Below, in pieces: positions 1-14,072 of a stretch of DNA of 64,000 bases (within the stretch, counting starts at the first letter, position 1; each line of letters opens with the position of its first letter). The stretch comes from Octopus vulgaris (taxonomy: Eukaryota). The position numbers were made by a program, and so were the translations under genes. The stretch is taken from positions 19,034,001 through 19,098,000 of the forward strand of contig OX597834.1 in assembly GCA_951406725.2 (NCBI GenBank), read 5' to 3'. The notes beneath the pieces are model-generated. The model was given only the letters and a program-made list of their open reading frames with translations, searched no databases and had not been told where the DNA came from.

Positions 1-525
1 TTCACAAGACCCAGGAACTTTTCAGCACCCACTGCCCGTACATTTATTTAATAAGGAATGCAACTGAGTATTATGAACTAGGGATTTACAGCTATCATGC
101 AATGTAAAGAGACGCACACACTCACTATGCTGGTTTCACAGCAGGTGAAGTTTTTTGACTTACATTCAGAGTGTTGTAAGGGGCGTGCACAAGGCAGTCA
201 CTTTGTTATAGACATATTGTGCTGTATTCAAAAGTGTGTTACATTTATAAAGAATATCTGGTCATAGCCAGTGATAATGGTTACACATCACAAGGTGACT
301 AAAAACTTGATGCTTCACTAGTAAAACTCAAATACACTTTCATATTTGCTTTTGATTCAGTTAGGATTCACTTTCAATGTATTTTACATAGCAATTATAA
401 TAAATCTGACTAAGTACTTTTTCTATATATCATTCAACTAAAGAAAAGTCAATGCATATTATCCACAAGACATTTTGCTTCAACATAATTTCCTTCAGTT
501 ACGATGCATTTTATACATGAGTGTA

Positions 526-765
526 TCATCATCATCATCATCATCATCATTTAGCATCCACTTTTCATGCTAGCATGGGTTGGATGGTGCAACTGGGGTC
601 TAGGAAGCCAGAAGGCTGCACCAGGCCCAGTCTGATCTGGCAATGTTTCTATGGCTGGATGCCCTTCCTAACGCCAACCACTTCGTGAGTGTAGTGGGTG
701 CTTTTTACGTGCCACCGGTACAGGTGCCAGACGAGGCTGGGAAACGGCCACGGTCAGATGGTGCT
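526..765 (-). mobile_element. V-domain-like SINE fragment with (ATG)n/(CAT)n tail
   Basis: Reverse complement contains GGTTGGCGTTAGGAAGGGCATCCAGCCATAGAA, resembling the V-SINE central motif; (CAT)n tail at 526-550; homologous to 23682-23831, 50860-51040 and 53030-53497. Confidence 0.75.
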
Positions 766-1349
766 TGCAGTAACTAACCTAAGAATTTTCTTCTCCAGTT
801 ATATATATAAATTACTTGTTTTCAGTTGGCAGATCACTATTGTAATGTTGCTGTTTAACACTAGGCTGACTCTGATTTAACAAATTTGTAATCGAAAATC
901 CTCCCAGCTGTAACTATCCCGACATTTTGTATATAAAGAATACTACTTACTTAAAATGTTCTTCCTTTTCTAAAGTGAGTAGGATATTTTTGAGAAAGAT
1001 CTATCTGTTATTTCTAGCAACCAAATAAAGGTGCTCTCATTGGATTGTCAGACGTATATATTCTTTCTAGAGGTTATCACACCAAAATTATTTTGTAAAT
1101 ATATATATTCTTATGTAGTATTAATTCATATGCTCTAAGCTGGGTTAGGCACATTTTCTCTTCGTTTCTTATTGTGTTTCTGAAATATGGATGACTATTC
1201 TTCTGTATAGCAGAAGAATTGAAGCTTTTAATGTTATTACTTTCTGGAAATACTTTTGGTAAGATTTTGGATCTGATGATCTTTATTAATAATGTTTGTA
1301 CATGTAAGCATGTTGCACGTGGTATCAGATATGCACACACATAAACATA

Positions 1350-1391
<42 letters not shown>

Positions 1392-1572
1392 CACATAATA
1401 TATATACTCACACATCCAAACACAAATATTTATGCTTATACACTTGCACACACACATGCATGAATACATTTATTTATGTATAAAGATTAGGTATAAAAAG
1501 TGAGATACTTATTACCTGTCCGAGTTTTAGCAAAGAATTGTAAACGATAGAGCTTTCTGAGAGTGTAACAAC

Positions 1573-1586
1573 CACACACATACACA

Positions 1587-1680
<94 letters not shown>
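1573..1680. repeat. (CA)n microsatellite
   Basis: Direct read of about 50 CA units. Confidence 0.98.
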
Positions 1681-1681
<1 letters not shown>

Positions 1682-1949
1682 CCTCTTATGTGAATCCTAC
1701 CATAATAGCTAGGAAGTTATTTATGTCCTTGGCCGGGGTTTTCCATTAGCAACACCCTAATTCTACATCATTGTGGCTGTAAATCTAGCAATGTCTTCCT
1801 TTTGTCATTTTGTATATGTCACTACTTAATCACCACCACCACCACCACCACCACCATCGTCATCATTGTCATTCTCCCTTGCATCCACATCATCATCATT
1901 AACAAACCAATATACACATAATGTATATATTCTGCTTAATTGTGATTCC

Positions 1950-2343
1950 TTCTGTTGCTTTTTCCCTTCTTTTTGCATCTTTTTTTTCTTCATCCATTTA
2001 ACCATTTCATTTCCTCCTTTTGCTCTCTTCTTTTTCATTCCTTTCTCTCTCTCTCTCTCTCTGCTTCGTTCAGCTTTCTCATTCTTCATTCTCTTTCATT
2101 TTTCTTTGACTTCATTCATATCTATGCTTCGTTTTTTTCTCTTGTTCTTCTTTCCTTATCACTTTAATCTCTAAGATTTCATTCTACTCATTTAATTTTA
2201 CTCTGTTTTTTTTCTTCGTTTTCATTCTTCTTTCTGCTCCATTCTTCTTTCTTTTTCATTCCTTTTACCTCTTTCATTCTTTCTGTTTATCCTTTCTTTC
2301 ATTTCAGTCTTCTCTTTACCTTGTTATTTCTGTTTCATTTTTC

Positions 2344-2395
<52 letters not shown>

Positions 2396-2423
2396 TCCTT
2401 CGTTCTTTCCTTCGTACTTTTTC

Positions 2424-2479
<56 letters not shown>

Positions 2480-2865
2480 TTTTTTCTTATTTTCAATCAT
2501 TCTTTCTAACTTACATTTTGTTTCATTCTTCTTTCTGTTTATTCTTCCCTTCATTTCAATCTTCTCTCTCTTTCCTTTCATTTCCTTTTTTACAATTTCA
2601 TTTTGTTTCATTCTCCCCTCTGCTTATTCTTCTCTCTCTTTCCTTTCATTCCTTTTTTAAAATTTCATTTTGCTTCATTCTTCTTTCCTTTGACCTTTAT
2701 CTTCCTTTCTTTTGTATCTTGTTGTTGCTGCTTCAGCCTTTCTTCTTCTTCTTCTTCATCATCATCACTGGCATGCATTTTGGTTTCCCATTGGTTGTCA
2801 CGTTTCAGATGGTCAGCCAATCAGCTGTCCTTCTGCTATTTCATTCATTCTCCTTTATTTGCATA

Positions 2866-2930
<65 letters not shown>

Positions 2931-3280
2931 TGTTTCATTCTTTTTTGTTCCTTTATGAATTTCTTCATCTCTAATTTTGCTTAAATTTTCTTTTAGTGTC
3001 ATTCTCTAACATTTTTCTCTCCTGTTCCCTGCTTGTTTTATATTTCCTTATTTCATTTTTTGTAGGGTTTTTTTTTCTCCAAACTTTCCCCATTTATTCT
3101 TTGTCTTGCTCTTACAACTTGATTCTCCCTTTTTTCTTTTCTTCTTCTTTGTATTTTCTCATCATCCTCACTAGTCTTTCATTTCTCTTTCTTTCTTTCT
3201 TTCTTTCTTTGTTGTTTACAAACAATCACCTCCGTGCTTTTGTTGAACCCTATTTCATTTCTTCCAATATTTTCCTAAAA
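1950..3280 (+). repeat. Long polypyrimidine tract with (CTTT)n and dense TCAT/YCAY motifs
   Basis: Strong CT bias on +; (CTTT)n at 2340-2478; many TTCAT/TCAT words. Confidence 0.85.
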
Positions 3281-3460
3281 TGCTACATGATAAGAAGAAA
3301 CAACACACTCTCACGTTTGGTTTTTGCAAAACTTGATTGAAGATCTTTAACCTACAAAAAAAAAAAAAAAAAAATCCCAGCAAACCCTAAATCTAAAGGA
3401 GCAATGGTCATTGTCCACTTGTTAATATTTGCAGAAGATTCACTCAGACCAAACACCTAT

Positions 3461-3670
3461 ACTCTTTAACTCTTTTACTTGTTTCAGTCATTTGACTGCA
3501 GCCATGCTGGAGCACCGCCTTTAGTCGAGCTACTCGACCCCGGGACTTATTCTTTGTAAGCCCAGTACTTATTCAGTCGGTCTCTTTTGCCGAACCGCTA
3601 AGTGACAAGGACGTAAACACACCAGCATCGGTTGTCAAGCAATGCTAGGGGGACAAACACAGACACACAA

Positions 3671-3724
<54 letters not shown>

Positions 3725-3874
3725 GACAGGCTTCTTTCAGTTTCTGTCTACCAAATCCATTCACAAGGCATTGGTTGGCCCAGGGCTATAGCAGAAGACA
3801 CTTGCCCAAGATGCCACGCAGTGGGACTGAACCCGGAACCATGTGGCTGGTTAGCAAGCTACTTACCACACAGC
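3461..3874 (-). mobile_element. tRNA-derived SINE, family A (octopus OK/OR-type), near full length
   Basis: On minus: pol III A-box-like GCTGTGTGGT, B-box GGTTCAGTCCC, CORE-like TCTTGGGCAAGTG, internal (TA)n/(TG)n, and a GTAAAAGA repeat tail; many near-identical copies in the window. Confidence 0.9.
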
Positions 3875-4964
3875 TTCCTTTTATTGTCATTTTTTTTTTA
3901 TAGTCATTTATATTTTGGGATCAGATGTAAATAGTAGTTCCTAATACCTATTCCTAATAATCTGTAGAACTGGTGCATAAATGTGTATATTGAGTTCTTG
4001 ATTAGGTGTTTAATAGGAAGGTAAAAACTCTGATTGTAATTTGTTTGAAATTTCCTTTTGCTTGGCCTTTAAGCAATCATTTATTGTATTAAGTTGTTGA
4101 TATATATATATATTATTGAAGCATATGTATCATTTCCAAATTGGTAACCACCAGACGACAAAAACAAAAATTCCTGGTATATTCTAATGAAGTGATTCAT
4201 ATAAACAATAAAACATAAATTTATTGGCAATTACCAGATCAATATATTATTCCCAATTAGTAAAATTTATTGATTTCTTTTTTACCTCATTTCCATTACT
4301 GCTGAAATGTAAACAAACACAACAAAATTATTTCTAACTGATTAGATTTTCTATTTAAAATACATTGTAGATTTAATCTAGTGTTCAACCTAACTTCATA
4401 CATATCATATAGTCTATTACATTTAGCTTCTTTTGTATTTTATATTCTTAATATTCTTGTATATATTCATGTACATATCTGTAATGTAAATAAACACAAT
4501 TTATCAAATGAATAAATTTTCTATATCTGGCTGCTTTTCCATTACATTAATTGCTCAAACATAAATAAAGTGTCACACCTATTTTCTAAGCTGGTACTGG
4601 TAAAAATCTGAACATGCAAACCTCATCAAGTTTTATGTGCACTATCAGACATCCCCTGCTTCACACATTCACTCCTGTCAACCCTACCCAACCCATTCTT
4701 AAGTACCTCATATCCTGAGGGTCCACTCTGACACTTCATCACTACTAAATTCACTTTCAGGCTCTCTTTGCAAGCTAAAATGTGAATTGTCATATAGCTC
4801 CTCTACAACAAGAAACCCATTCTGCTCTGGTCCTTTATCTCATGCCCCTCTCTACTCCTTGCCCTCCTAGTGTATTGCACCTCCTCCTCATTTAGGGTTT
4901 ATAGTTTTGCAAGTTGCATGGCAACCTTACTAGAGCTGGTGGCATGAAAAAAAGCATCCAAATA

Positions 4965-5390
4965 TGGTGGTGTGGTAAGAACTTTGCTTCCCAACCACAA
5001 GGTTCTGGGTTCAGTCGCACTGCATGACACCTTGGGCAAATGTTTTCTACTAAAGCCTTGGGCCAACCAAAGCCTTGTGTGTGGATTTGGTAGGCAGAAA
5101 TTGGAAAAAATCTCATTTACATACATACATATATACACACATATGTATGTATGTATGTATAAACATATATTTGTGCGTGTGTGTGTCTGCATTTGTCCCC
5201 CATCACTGCTTCTTGACAACCAGTGTTGGTGTGCTTATGTACCTATAACTTAGCAGGTCAGCAAAAGACACCAGTAGAACAAGCACCAGGTTTTGAAAAT
5301 AAAGTCCTGGGGGTCAATTCATTTGACTAAAATTCTTCAAGGTAGTGCTCCAGTATGGCCACAGTCAAATAAATAAAACAAGTATAAAAG
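4965..5390 (+). mobile_element. Family A SINE, diverged
   Basis: Same head, body and tail order as 20502-20890. Confidence 0.85.
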
Positions 5391-6076
5391 ATACACTGTA
5401 AAGTAGTTTGTATTAGGAAAGGCAGTTGTGGAAACCATACCAAGCAAACACTGGAGCACATGTATGGTCCTTGGGTCCATTGGACCCTGCCAAACCATCC
5501 AACTTATGCCAACAAGGAACAGAGGTGTTGAATGATGATGAGGAGGAGGAGGAGGATGATAATTCTCTATGATAGACTGGTTTTAGCGAATCAACCTATT
5601 TCCACTCTTTTAGCAAAAGATTATCAGACTTTATCAGTTAAATTTAGAAATGAATTCAACAAACCAGAAAAACACATATTAAAAAAAGAAAGAGAAAACT
5701 AAGAAAAATAGCAACACTGAAATTTAGTGGAAATTCACTTCAATTAACCAGATCTCTACTTGTTTCAAGAAGGACAGTTTTTATGGTGAATTACTTCAAC
5801 TTTTTTGTCATGAACAGATTTTCTTGTTGAGTTATTTGCATTACTTTGCTTCTTTCTTTTTTTTTTTTTTTCTTTTTCTTCTTTAAATGAATAACTAAGA
5901 ATCTGACAATAGCAGAAAATTAGATTTGTTGGTAATTATAGTTTTGGATAAGATCAGAATGAAGTGGCATTCAAAATATAGCTTGACAGTATTTTTTTCT
6001 TTTTTATAGCTTTGCAATATTCTAACAAATAGTCTACTGGTCAGTTCGTCTGTTTATCTGTTCATCTCTCTGTCCC

Positions 6077-6077
<1 letters not shown>

Positions 6078-6123
<46 letters not shown>

Positions 6124-6512
6124 GTATATGTATGTATGTATATGTATGTATATGTATGTATGTATATGTATGTATGTATATGTATATATGTGTATATATA
6201 TATGTATATATATATGTATATATATATATATATATATATGTGTATATATATATGTATATATATATATATATGTATATATATATGTGTGTATATATATATA
6301 TGTGTGTGTATAATATATGTATATATATATGTGTGTATATATATATATATGTGTGTGTATAATATATGTATATATATATGTGTGTATATATATATATGTA
6401 TATATATATATGTATATATATATATGTATATATATGTGTGTGTGCATGTATGTATGCATATATATATGTGCACACAAATGTGTGTGTGTATATATGTATA
6501 TATATATATATG
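6078..6512. repeat. (TA)n/(TATG)n compound microsatellite
   Basis: Direct read. Confidence 0.98.
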
Positions 6513-6904
6513 CAGCATATGTTTTCATAATCACTTGAATAACCTCGAAGTAAGATTATTGAGAAGTATTTTGATTCTAATGAAAATTTTAATGATTTCA
6601 TCTGAATAAGATTTGTCTTTTATTGTTGAATATTTGCGATAAACTGTGATTGGGACATAATTTGTCAATTAAATGATTGGTGATGACTCTCCCCACCGCA
6701 CCCCTCATAGATCAATACACTTCATATTATAAAGTATTTTTGCTGGTTATTACAATGACTTACTTTGACAGAATTTGAACAATAACAAGCAACGTCGCTA
6801 TTCCAAACTGGGTTTTAATTACTGAACAAGAAATTAAAAATAAAGTCATAGTCTAACGAAGTATTGTTTAATTAAAAATCTTGTGAGCTAGATTTGCAAT
6901 ATAG

Positions 6905-7290
6905 TTTATTCTTTTACTTGTTTCAGTCATGTGACCGTGGCCATACTGGAGCACTGCCTTTTAGTTGAGAAAATCGCTCTCAGGACTTATTTCCTTGTCA
7001 GCCTAGTACTTATTCTGTCTGCCTCTTTTGCCAAACTGCTAAGTTACAGGGACATAAACACAACAACATCGATTGTCAGGCGATATTGGGTGGGGTGGGG
7101 GACAAACACGCACACACACAATCATACACACACACACACACACACACACATGATGGCCTCTTTCAGTTTCCATCAACCAAATCCACTCACGAGGCTTTGG
7201 TTGGTCCGAGGTTTTAGTAGAAGACACTTGCCCAAGGTGCCATGCAGTGGGACTGAACCCAGAACCATGTGGTTGGGAAGCAAGCTACTT
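6905..7290 (-). mobile_element. Family A SINE
   Basis: Collinear with 3461-3874. Confidence 0.88.
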
Positions 7291-7961
7291 TATACACAGC
7301 CACTCCTACACCCATTGTTGAAGAAAGACATTTAATTATTTAACTTTAACTTTCACTTCTAATGTCCCCAAGGAAAAATTTTTCATGCCTGATATAATTG
7401 ACTAGACCGCCATCCCCAAAATATGAGCTTTTACACTCATCTTATAAGTGTTCATTAGATTTTAGCCCAAGTAGAAGGGACAGAGCCTGTTGCATTTTCT
7501 GGATCTCGTAAGATTGTGTAGGTAAGGTATAGAAAGAAGGATAGTTTCAGAGAGATGTAGTCGAAAAAAAACCCCGAAAAAAAGCCAATTGGGTGACCTG
7601 TTTAGCTCAGGTTTTGGAAAAGGAGATAGAATCAAATTGCATAAATTAATATCACATTCAGAAAATGCCTGTGCTACTTAAAATGATTACAATCTCTTGA
7701 TGTAGCACTTAATGTTCCTTTTCCAAAAGGTAGTCTGTTGTGTTTATAGCCTGATTGGAGATAAAAATCTAAGAATTTTATGGATGAAGTTCCTAATTTT
7801 TTAATTTTGTGCGTGATGTTCAAAGATTTTAAAACCTGCATATTGTAGTAAGTCAGACAGCTGCTTAGGAAAATGGGTGCTGCCAATAAATAATAATAAT
7901 AATAATATTTTGACAATCAACAGGTACCTAATGTGTATGTATATAAAAGTATGTGAATATT

Positions 7962-8195
7962 GTTATTTCTTTATTGCCCACAAGGGGCGAAACAGAGAGA
8001 GGACAAACAAGGACAGATAAAGGGATTAAGTCGATTACATCGACCCCAGAGCGTAACTGGTACTTAATTTATCGACCCTGAAAGGATGAAAGGCAAAGTT
8101 GACCTTGGCGGAATTTGAACCCAGAACGTAGCGACGGGCGAAATACCGCTAAGCATTTCGCCCGGCATGCTAAGGATTCTGTCAACTCGCTGCCT
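7962..8195 (-). mobile_element. tRNA-derived SINE, family B (Meta-domain-like)
   Basis: On minus: B-box GGGTTCAAATTCC followed by GCCAAGGTCAACTTTGCCTTTCATCCTTTCAGGGTCGATAAATTAAGTACCAG, resembling the MetaSINE central domain. Confidence 0.85.
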
Positions 8196-8234
8196 TGTGA
8201 ATATGTGAATACTGTGCTAGTATCTCCACACACG

Positions 8235-8293
<59 letters not shown>

Positions 8294-8341
8294 TCTTTTC
8301 TAACGTTTCTGCCAGCTCGCCGCCTTCATATATTTATACAT

Positions 8342-8557
8342 ATTCTTTTCCACTCTAAGTACATGGCCCGAAATTTTTGAGGAGGGGACCACTCGATTAG
8401 ATCAACCCCAGTATGCAATTGGTACTTTATTTATCGACCCTGAAAGGATGAATGGCAAAGTCGACCTTGGTGGAATTTGAACTCAGAACATAAAGACAAA
8501 CGAAATACTGCTAAGTATGTCGTTCGGCATGCTAACATTTCTGCCAGCTCACCGGCT
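8342..8557 (-). mobile_element. Family B SINE with alternative 3' tail
   Basis: Same head and central domain as 7962-8195; different tail (CCCCTCCTCAAAAATTTCGGGCC... on minus). Confidence 0.82.
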
Positions 8558-8780
8558 TCATATATATACATACTGGCTTGCAAATGTGTTTGTTTGTGGT
8601 GAGTGTATATGTATGTATGCGTGTGAGAATTCCAGTTTTTTTAGAATAAGTACACTGCATCCCTGTGTGTTGTAAGAAGCAGCTAAAAGGGTTAACATCA
8701 AGAAAGGCATCTAATTGTAAAACACTGCCTCAAAAAAATCCAACCTATACCAGCATGGAAGAGCGGATATGAAAATAATG

Positions 8781-8823
<43 letters not shown>

Positions 8824-9724
8824 AACACTCACACATACACACACAGACACACACACAATTTATTCCTAATAATAAGAAAATAAAGTTCTGTTACGGGTAT
8901 TGAATGCTTTTCTCTCTCTCTCTCTCTACACACGCACACATGTATATTTATATGTGTGTGTGTGTATATATATGTATATATATATATGCGTGTGTGTGTA
9001 TGTATATATATACATGCGTACACCACACACATATATGTTGCTTATATATCGGTATGCAGATGCATCACATACAAAAGTATACTTTGAGAGTGTGTACAGA
9101 TTGCAGACAATAACGCTACAACATCAAAGCAGAAAGTTCTTTGAAAAATCCCTTATTTAAAGAAGAAAAAAAAAAAATAATTTGATGGAAACTAATAAAA
9201 ATTATCCATTTTTCTTTTAACTTCCTTTTTGATGAATTACATATTGACTTCATAAACAACTTTTGAAGTATCTTTTCTATTTTTTATTCATTTCGCATGG
9301 CAAATTTTTTAGTTTAGACTTTCATAATTCAAATCCCAAATTATATAAAATATGTTTATAATTTAAATTTAATGCCTGCTACTAACATCCCTCATTGTCA
9401 TGAATGCCATCATCACCAGTATTATCATCTCTATCATCATTACCATTCTGATTAGTACTAAGGTTGTTATATTAATAATATATTGCCATCATCATAACTA
9501 GTTTAAAATCCATTTTTGTTATGAGCTGAGTTTCAGAGGTTTGTTAAAGTTCCTTTCTTTTCTTCTTGCATTAGATTAGCTTCGCCTGTAAATATCAATT
9601 TGAGGATATTATTTTAAAGTAAACTTAACAATAACAACGTATCCTTAACTGAGGGATCGACTCAAAATTAAGACAAATTTGTTACAAGTTTTGTGTTGAC
9701 CAGGATTTAATCTTTTGTCTAAAG

Positions 9725-10199
9725 CAGTGGTTCTAACCTGGGGTCTACATGGCCCTTGGGGGAGGGGTCCATATAAGATTTTGTTGTTAAAATTTATGTG
9801 CATTAAACTGGATATATTTCTACAATACATAAAATATTTAAATGATTTTTTAATACAATTCCTAATAATACAATGGGGTGCTAGAAAGTTCCTGGTTTTG
9901 GGGTAAAAGAAAATACAGGAGGATCAATTAATTATGATTTTATTCAACATGTTCCCTTCTCAGATTCACACACTTATTGCAGCAGTCCTTTAGTTTTTCT
10001 AAGCCCTGTAAAAGAATTCGAAAGGTTGAGCCTCCAACCAGGTTTTTCACCTTAAATCCAAGAACTTTTCAGCATCCCACGTATTTGACCATAAAAATAT
10101 AATAGGAATCTTTAGACATTGAATTGTTATAAGGGTCTTGACTCTGAGTAATGTAGGAATCAAAGGTGTCTATTGGCAAAGAATGGTTGAGAACTGCTG
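9725..10199. mobile_element. hAT (Charlie/MER5-like) MITE
   Basis: TIRs CAGTGGTTCTAACC / GGTTGAGAACTGCTG; perfect 8-bp TSD GTCTAAAG at 9717-9724 and 10200-10207. Confidence 0.88.
9871..10081. mobile_element. Tc1/mariner-type MITE nested in the hAT MITE
   Basis: TIR-like GGGGTGCTAGAAAGTTCCTGG / CCAAGAACTTTTCAGCATCCC flanked by TA; related copies at about 1-35 and 31983-32183. Confidence 0.75.
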
Positions 10200-11343
10200 G
10201 TCTAAAGGCCTATTCTATCAGTGGAGCAAGATTACCTTTTATATGAGAAAATGAAAAAGAAGCCTCTTTAAATGATAGAGGTGTTTGATAAGGCTTTTCT
10301 TTCATTTCTTTATGCTTGTCCCTTTATCATACTTTAAGCCTTTCCAGTTGTTGGTATAAAAACATCTGCCTCTCTCTCAAAATACACTCCTACTCAGTCA
10401 AGTGGGGTTTTTTCTTGTCTTGTCATCCAAGTAACCTGATGACCTCACTAACGCTGTCATTGCCCAGTTTGACAACAACCAATTGATTTCTTTTGGCAGA
10501 ATTCACTCTGTTACAAAGATTTCAGCTTGGTTTCCAACTGGATAATTAATAGAGAAAACTGTTAGCATTAATGTTAATGATTTCCAAGACTTATCAGTTG
10601 GATCCCATTGTGATGCATTCTTTGTAATAATGATGCATTCTTCATAATATGATCTTCCTTTGAGATCTTTGTGTATCCTTTGTATACTGGAAAATTAGCA
10701 GAGTTGTTGGAATGTAGGACAAAATGCCTTGAGGTATTATTTCTGGCTCTTCTTTTGCTGCCAACTCAAGAAGGGGCTGAAGTTGGCTGTGAAGGAAACA
10801 GAATGTAGAACAAAATGGTGTTTGTTCTGGCTTTCTGTGCTCTGAGATTAAATTCTGCCAAGTTCAATGTTCCCTTTCAGAGCTCAGAACAGTGGATTGG
10901 TGGATGTGTCAGAATATCAGACAAAAGGTCTCGTGGTATTTCTTCTGGCTTTTTGCCATATAAGTTCTTGGATGGCAGTCCTTAAATTGTTTCCCAATTT
11001 AACACCACTGCCTCATCTTTTGATGTGCTGAGTGGAGTTCAAGCAGTTGTAAGCATTCAGGTTAGGTCTCTAATTCGATAACTTCCTTCCTTGCCCTTAA
11101 GAGACTCAAAGGCCCTAAAAATAAAGGGCCATGTATATTGTCTTTTCCTTCCTGACTAACTGGCAAAAAAAAAAAGAAAAAAAAAAACCTATCAAAAGAT
11201 GCCCTGAGTAGCTATCTGTTATGTTTAACACACCACAACCATGTAGGATCTCTTTATTTACTTGTCTCCACTTTTTTCTTATCTATTCCTTGCCATTTCT
11301 TCTCCATATTATTCCTTCCTCACCTACCCCTTATCCTCACTCC

Positions 11344-11555
11344 ACCTACACTTTCCCATCCCAACATACACATCCTGTCATCATATATAAACCCTTCCTC
11401 TCCTCATCTGTTCATTGGGTCCAGACTTCTTCTCCTGTCCTCCTTACCTACACTTTCCCATCCCAACATACACATCCTGTCATCATATATAAACCCTTCC
11501 TCTCCGTCATCTGTTCATTGGGTCCAGACTTCTCCTCCTGTCCTCCTTACCTACA
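11344..11555. repeat. Tandem duplication, about 102-bp unit x2
   Basis: CCTACACTTTCCCATCCCAACATACACATCC starts at both 11345 and 11447. Confidence 0.92.
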
Positions 11556-12487
11556 GTTTGCCATTCCATCACGGCTTTTCCCATATGTTTTTTTTCATTT
11601 TGTTGCTGTTTCCTTATTTACTTCCAACAATTTCTTCAGTGAGTGACATTCCATTGAATAATGACAGAAAAACGAGTCTATGATATCCTTCTTCACATCA
11701 CCACTTAAAATAGACACAGTTCTTCACCCTTCAGCAATCATGCAGTTCTGCCGTGCAGTCCATTGAAGCATTTGATCTTAAGTGGGACACCATTACAGTC
11801 TCGTTGACTTCATCACTGTTCACTTTCCTCGTCATCTTTCTCCTCCTTTCACTCAGTCACCAACAGCAGCTCCTCCCCCTAATTCTGCCACCACAATTAA
11901 TATAGCATCCTTCATTTTGTATTTTCTTTCTTTATACTTTGTACCTTTTTTTTTCCTGCCTTCTTCGCAATTTTTTTTCCTTCCCTGTTTTATAATATTT
12001 TGCTCTTTCATTCGTATCTACTTATTTTGTTAACTTCGCCACTCCGTTACCACAGAACAGTATCAAACTAATAAGTATACATTCCTTAGGGTTCCATGTT
12101 CACTGTTGCTCCCTCCGTGTATTATTCAAAAAGACAAAAAGAAAAAAAAAAGGGCTATCACTTCTTCCCCCTTGTTTCCCCTTTTTCTGTCTCTCACACG
12201 CAAGCAAACACATATCCTTCATATCTTCTTGACAGAAGTTCTGAAAGTCCTCCAGCAGCTGTTAATATCTGTCAAATAAAGGAAACAAAATATTATTGTA
12301 GCGTTAGGGGTCAATACAGATTTTAAACCTAACTAAAATGGTGCCTCTTTTATATCATGCATTAACCACACTAATCCCTGCAACTATCAGCTGCAGTAAC
12401 CCTAAGCAGATCACTTGTTTAACTTATTCCTTATATTTTTTGTGTTTCATGGGGTTATCAGAAAAAAAAGCAACAATAAATTAGATC

Positions 12488-12995
12488 ATCATCTTCCCTG
12501 CCTCATCATCTCTCCCATCTCCTCTTCTTCTTCCTCTTAGTTCTCCCTCTTCCCTGTTCTTCTCCCTCCTCCCAGTTCTCCCTCCCTCCAGTTTTTCTCC
12601 TTGCCTCAGTTTTTCTCCCTCTTCTGTCCTTGTTCTCCCTCTTTCCTCACTCCTCCTCCTTCTCCTCCTCGACCACCCCTCCTCCTCGTTCCTCCCTACT
12701 CTTCTTTAGCATATCTCTCTTCTCCTCCTCTCTCCCTCTTTCCTCCTCCTTGCTCCCTCTTTCCTCCTCCTTGCTCCCTCTTTCCTCCTCCTTCTACCTT
12801 TCTCCCTTCCTCCTTTCTCCCTCTTTCCTCCTTCTCTCTCCCTCTTTCCTCCTCCCTTCCTCCCTCCTCCTCCTTATTATTGCTATCCCCTTCCTTCCTC
12901 ACCACCCATCCTCTTCTCCTCAATGCCCTTCTTCTCCCCGCCTTCATTTGTCCCTTATTATTGCCTTATTCTCCCTTCCTATCTTTTTTCTTTGG
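12488..12995 (+). repeat. CT/CCT-rich low-complexity tract
   Basis: About 500 nt, almost purely pyrimidine on +. Confidence 0.9.
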
Positions 12996-13104
12996 TCAGA
13001 TCCTCAGGAAGTGAGGTGGTATTGGAGGGTATTTCTGATTACTTATGTCATAATGTCATTTAGAAATGTCTTTGTTAAAAACAGGCACATCCTGCTCTTA
13101 GCAA

Positions 13105-13480
13105 CTGGATGCTCAGTCTCACTGCATGGCATCTTGGGCAAGTGTCTCCTACTATAGTCTCTGGCTGACCAAAGCCTTGTGGGTGGATTTGGTAGATGGA
13201 ATCTGAAAGAAGCCTGTTGTATATATATATATATATTTATGTGTGTATGTCTGTGTCTATGTTTGTCCCCCCCCCCAGCATGACTTGATAACCGATGCTA
13301 GTATGTTTATGTCCCTGTAATCTAGCAGTTCAGCAAAAGTGACTGATAGAATAAGTACTAAGCTTACAAAGATTAAGTTCTGGGGGTTGATTTCTTTGAC
13401 TAAAACCCTTTAAAGTGGTGCTCCAGCATGGCCGTAGCCAAATGACTGGAACGTGTAAAAGAATAAAAGAATATAAGAAT
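13105..13480 (+). mobile_element. Family A SINE, 5'-degraded
   Basis: Body and tail collinear with other family A copies. Confidence 0.85.
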
Positions 13481-14022
13481 ATAAGTAACTGATTGGCAGT
13501 AGTGGTTGGTATGAAATGTAAGACTCAAGATGAAAAACTACTGAGAATATTTATTTGTAAAGTTAATGATTAAATGTGATTAAAACTTACTACAAGTATA
13601 TTTTAGTCTTTTGAGCTTGTCAGACTAAAGTTTGATTAGTTTGACAAGATCAAAAGATTGAAATATATTGAAGTTTGTTATTAGACATTAAATTTCTAAA
13701 TAAATACACAGTCATAAAAAAATGCAGAGAATGTAATTGGAATTTCTAAGCTTTATGTAACATACACACATTTCTGCAAGTCAACTGGTGCTATTACACA
13801 ATCTGCACATTATTTGTTGCGTGCCCTTATATCCCCATCAAGCATATTATAAAGTAAGTTGGTGTAGCACAATAGAGGGTGAGACATTAGGATAATGTTA
13901 AGAAAAGAGGGGTTAAAAGGGGAAGTGGGAAAGCAGTGACTGACCTCACACATTTAAGCGAAAATCACACACTCATACACACAACTACCCACATCAATAC
14001 AAACACGCACCCACACAATAAC

Positions 14023-14071
<49 letters not shown>

Positions 14072-14072
<1 letters not shown>

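Noticed and set aside
7674-7850. Minus-strand ORF VLKSLNITHKIKKLG...
   Set aside because: No recognisable homology, weak acceptor, and length compatible with chance
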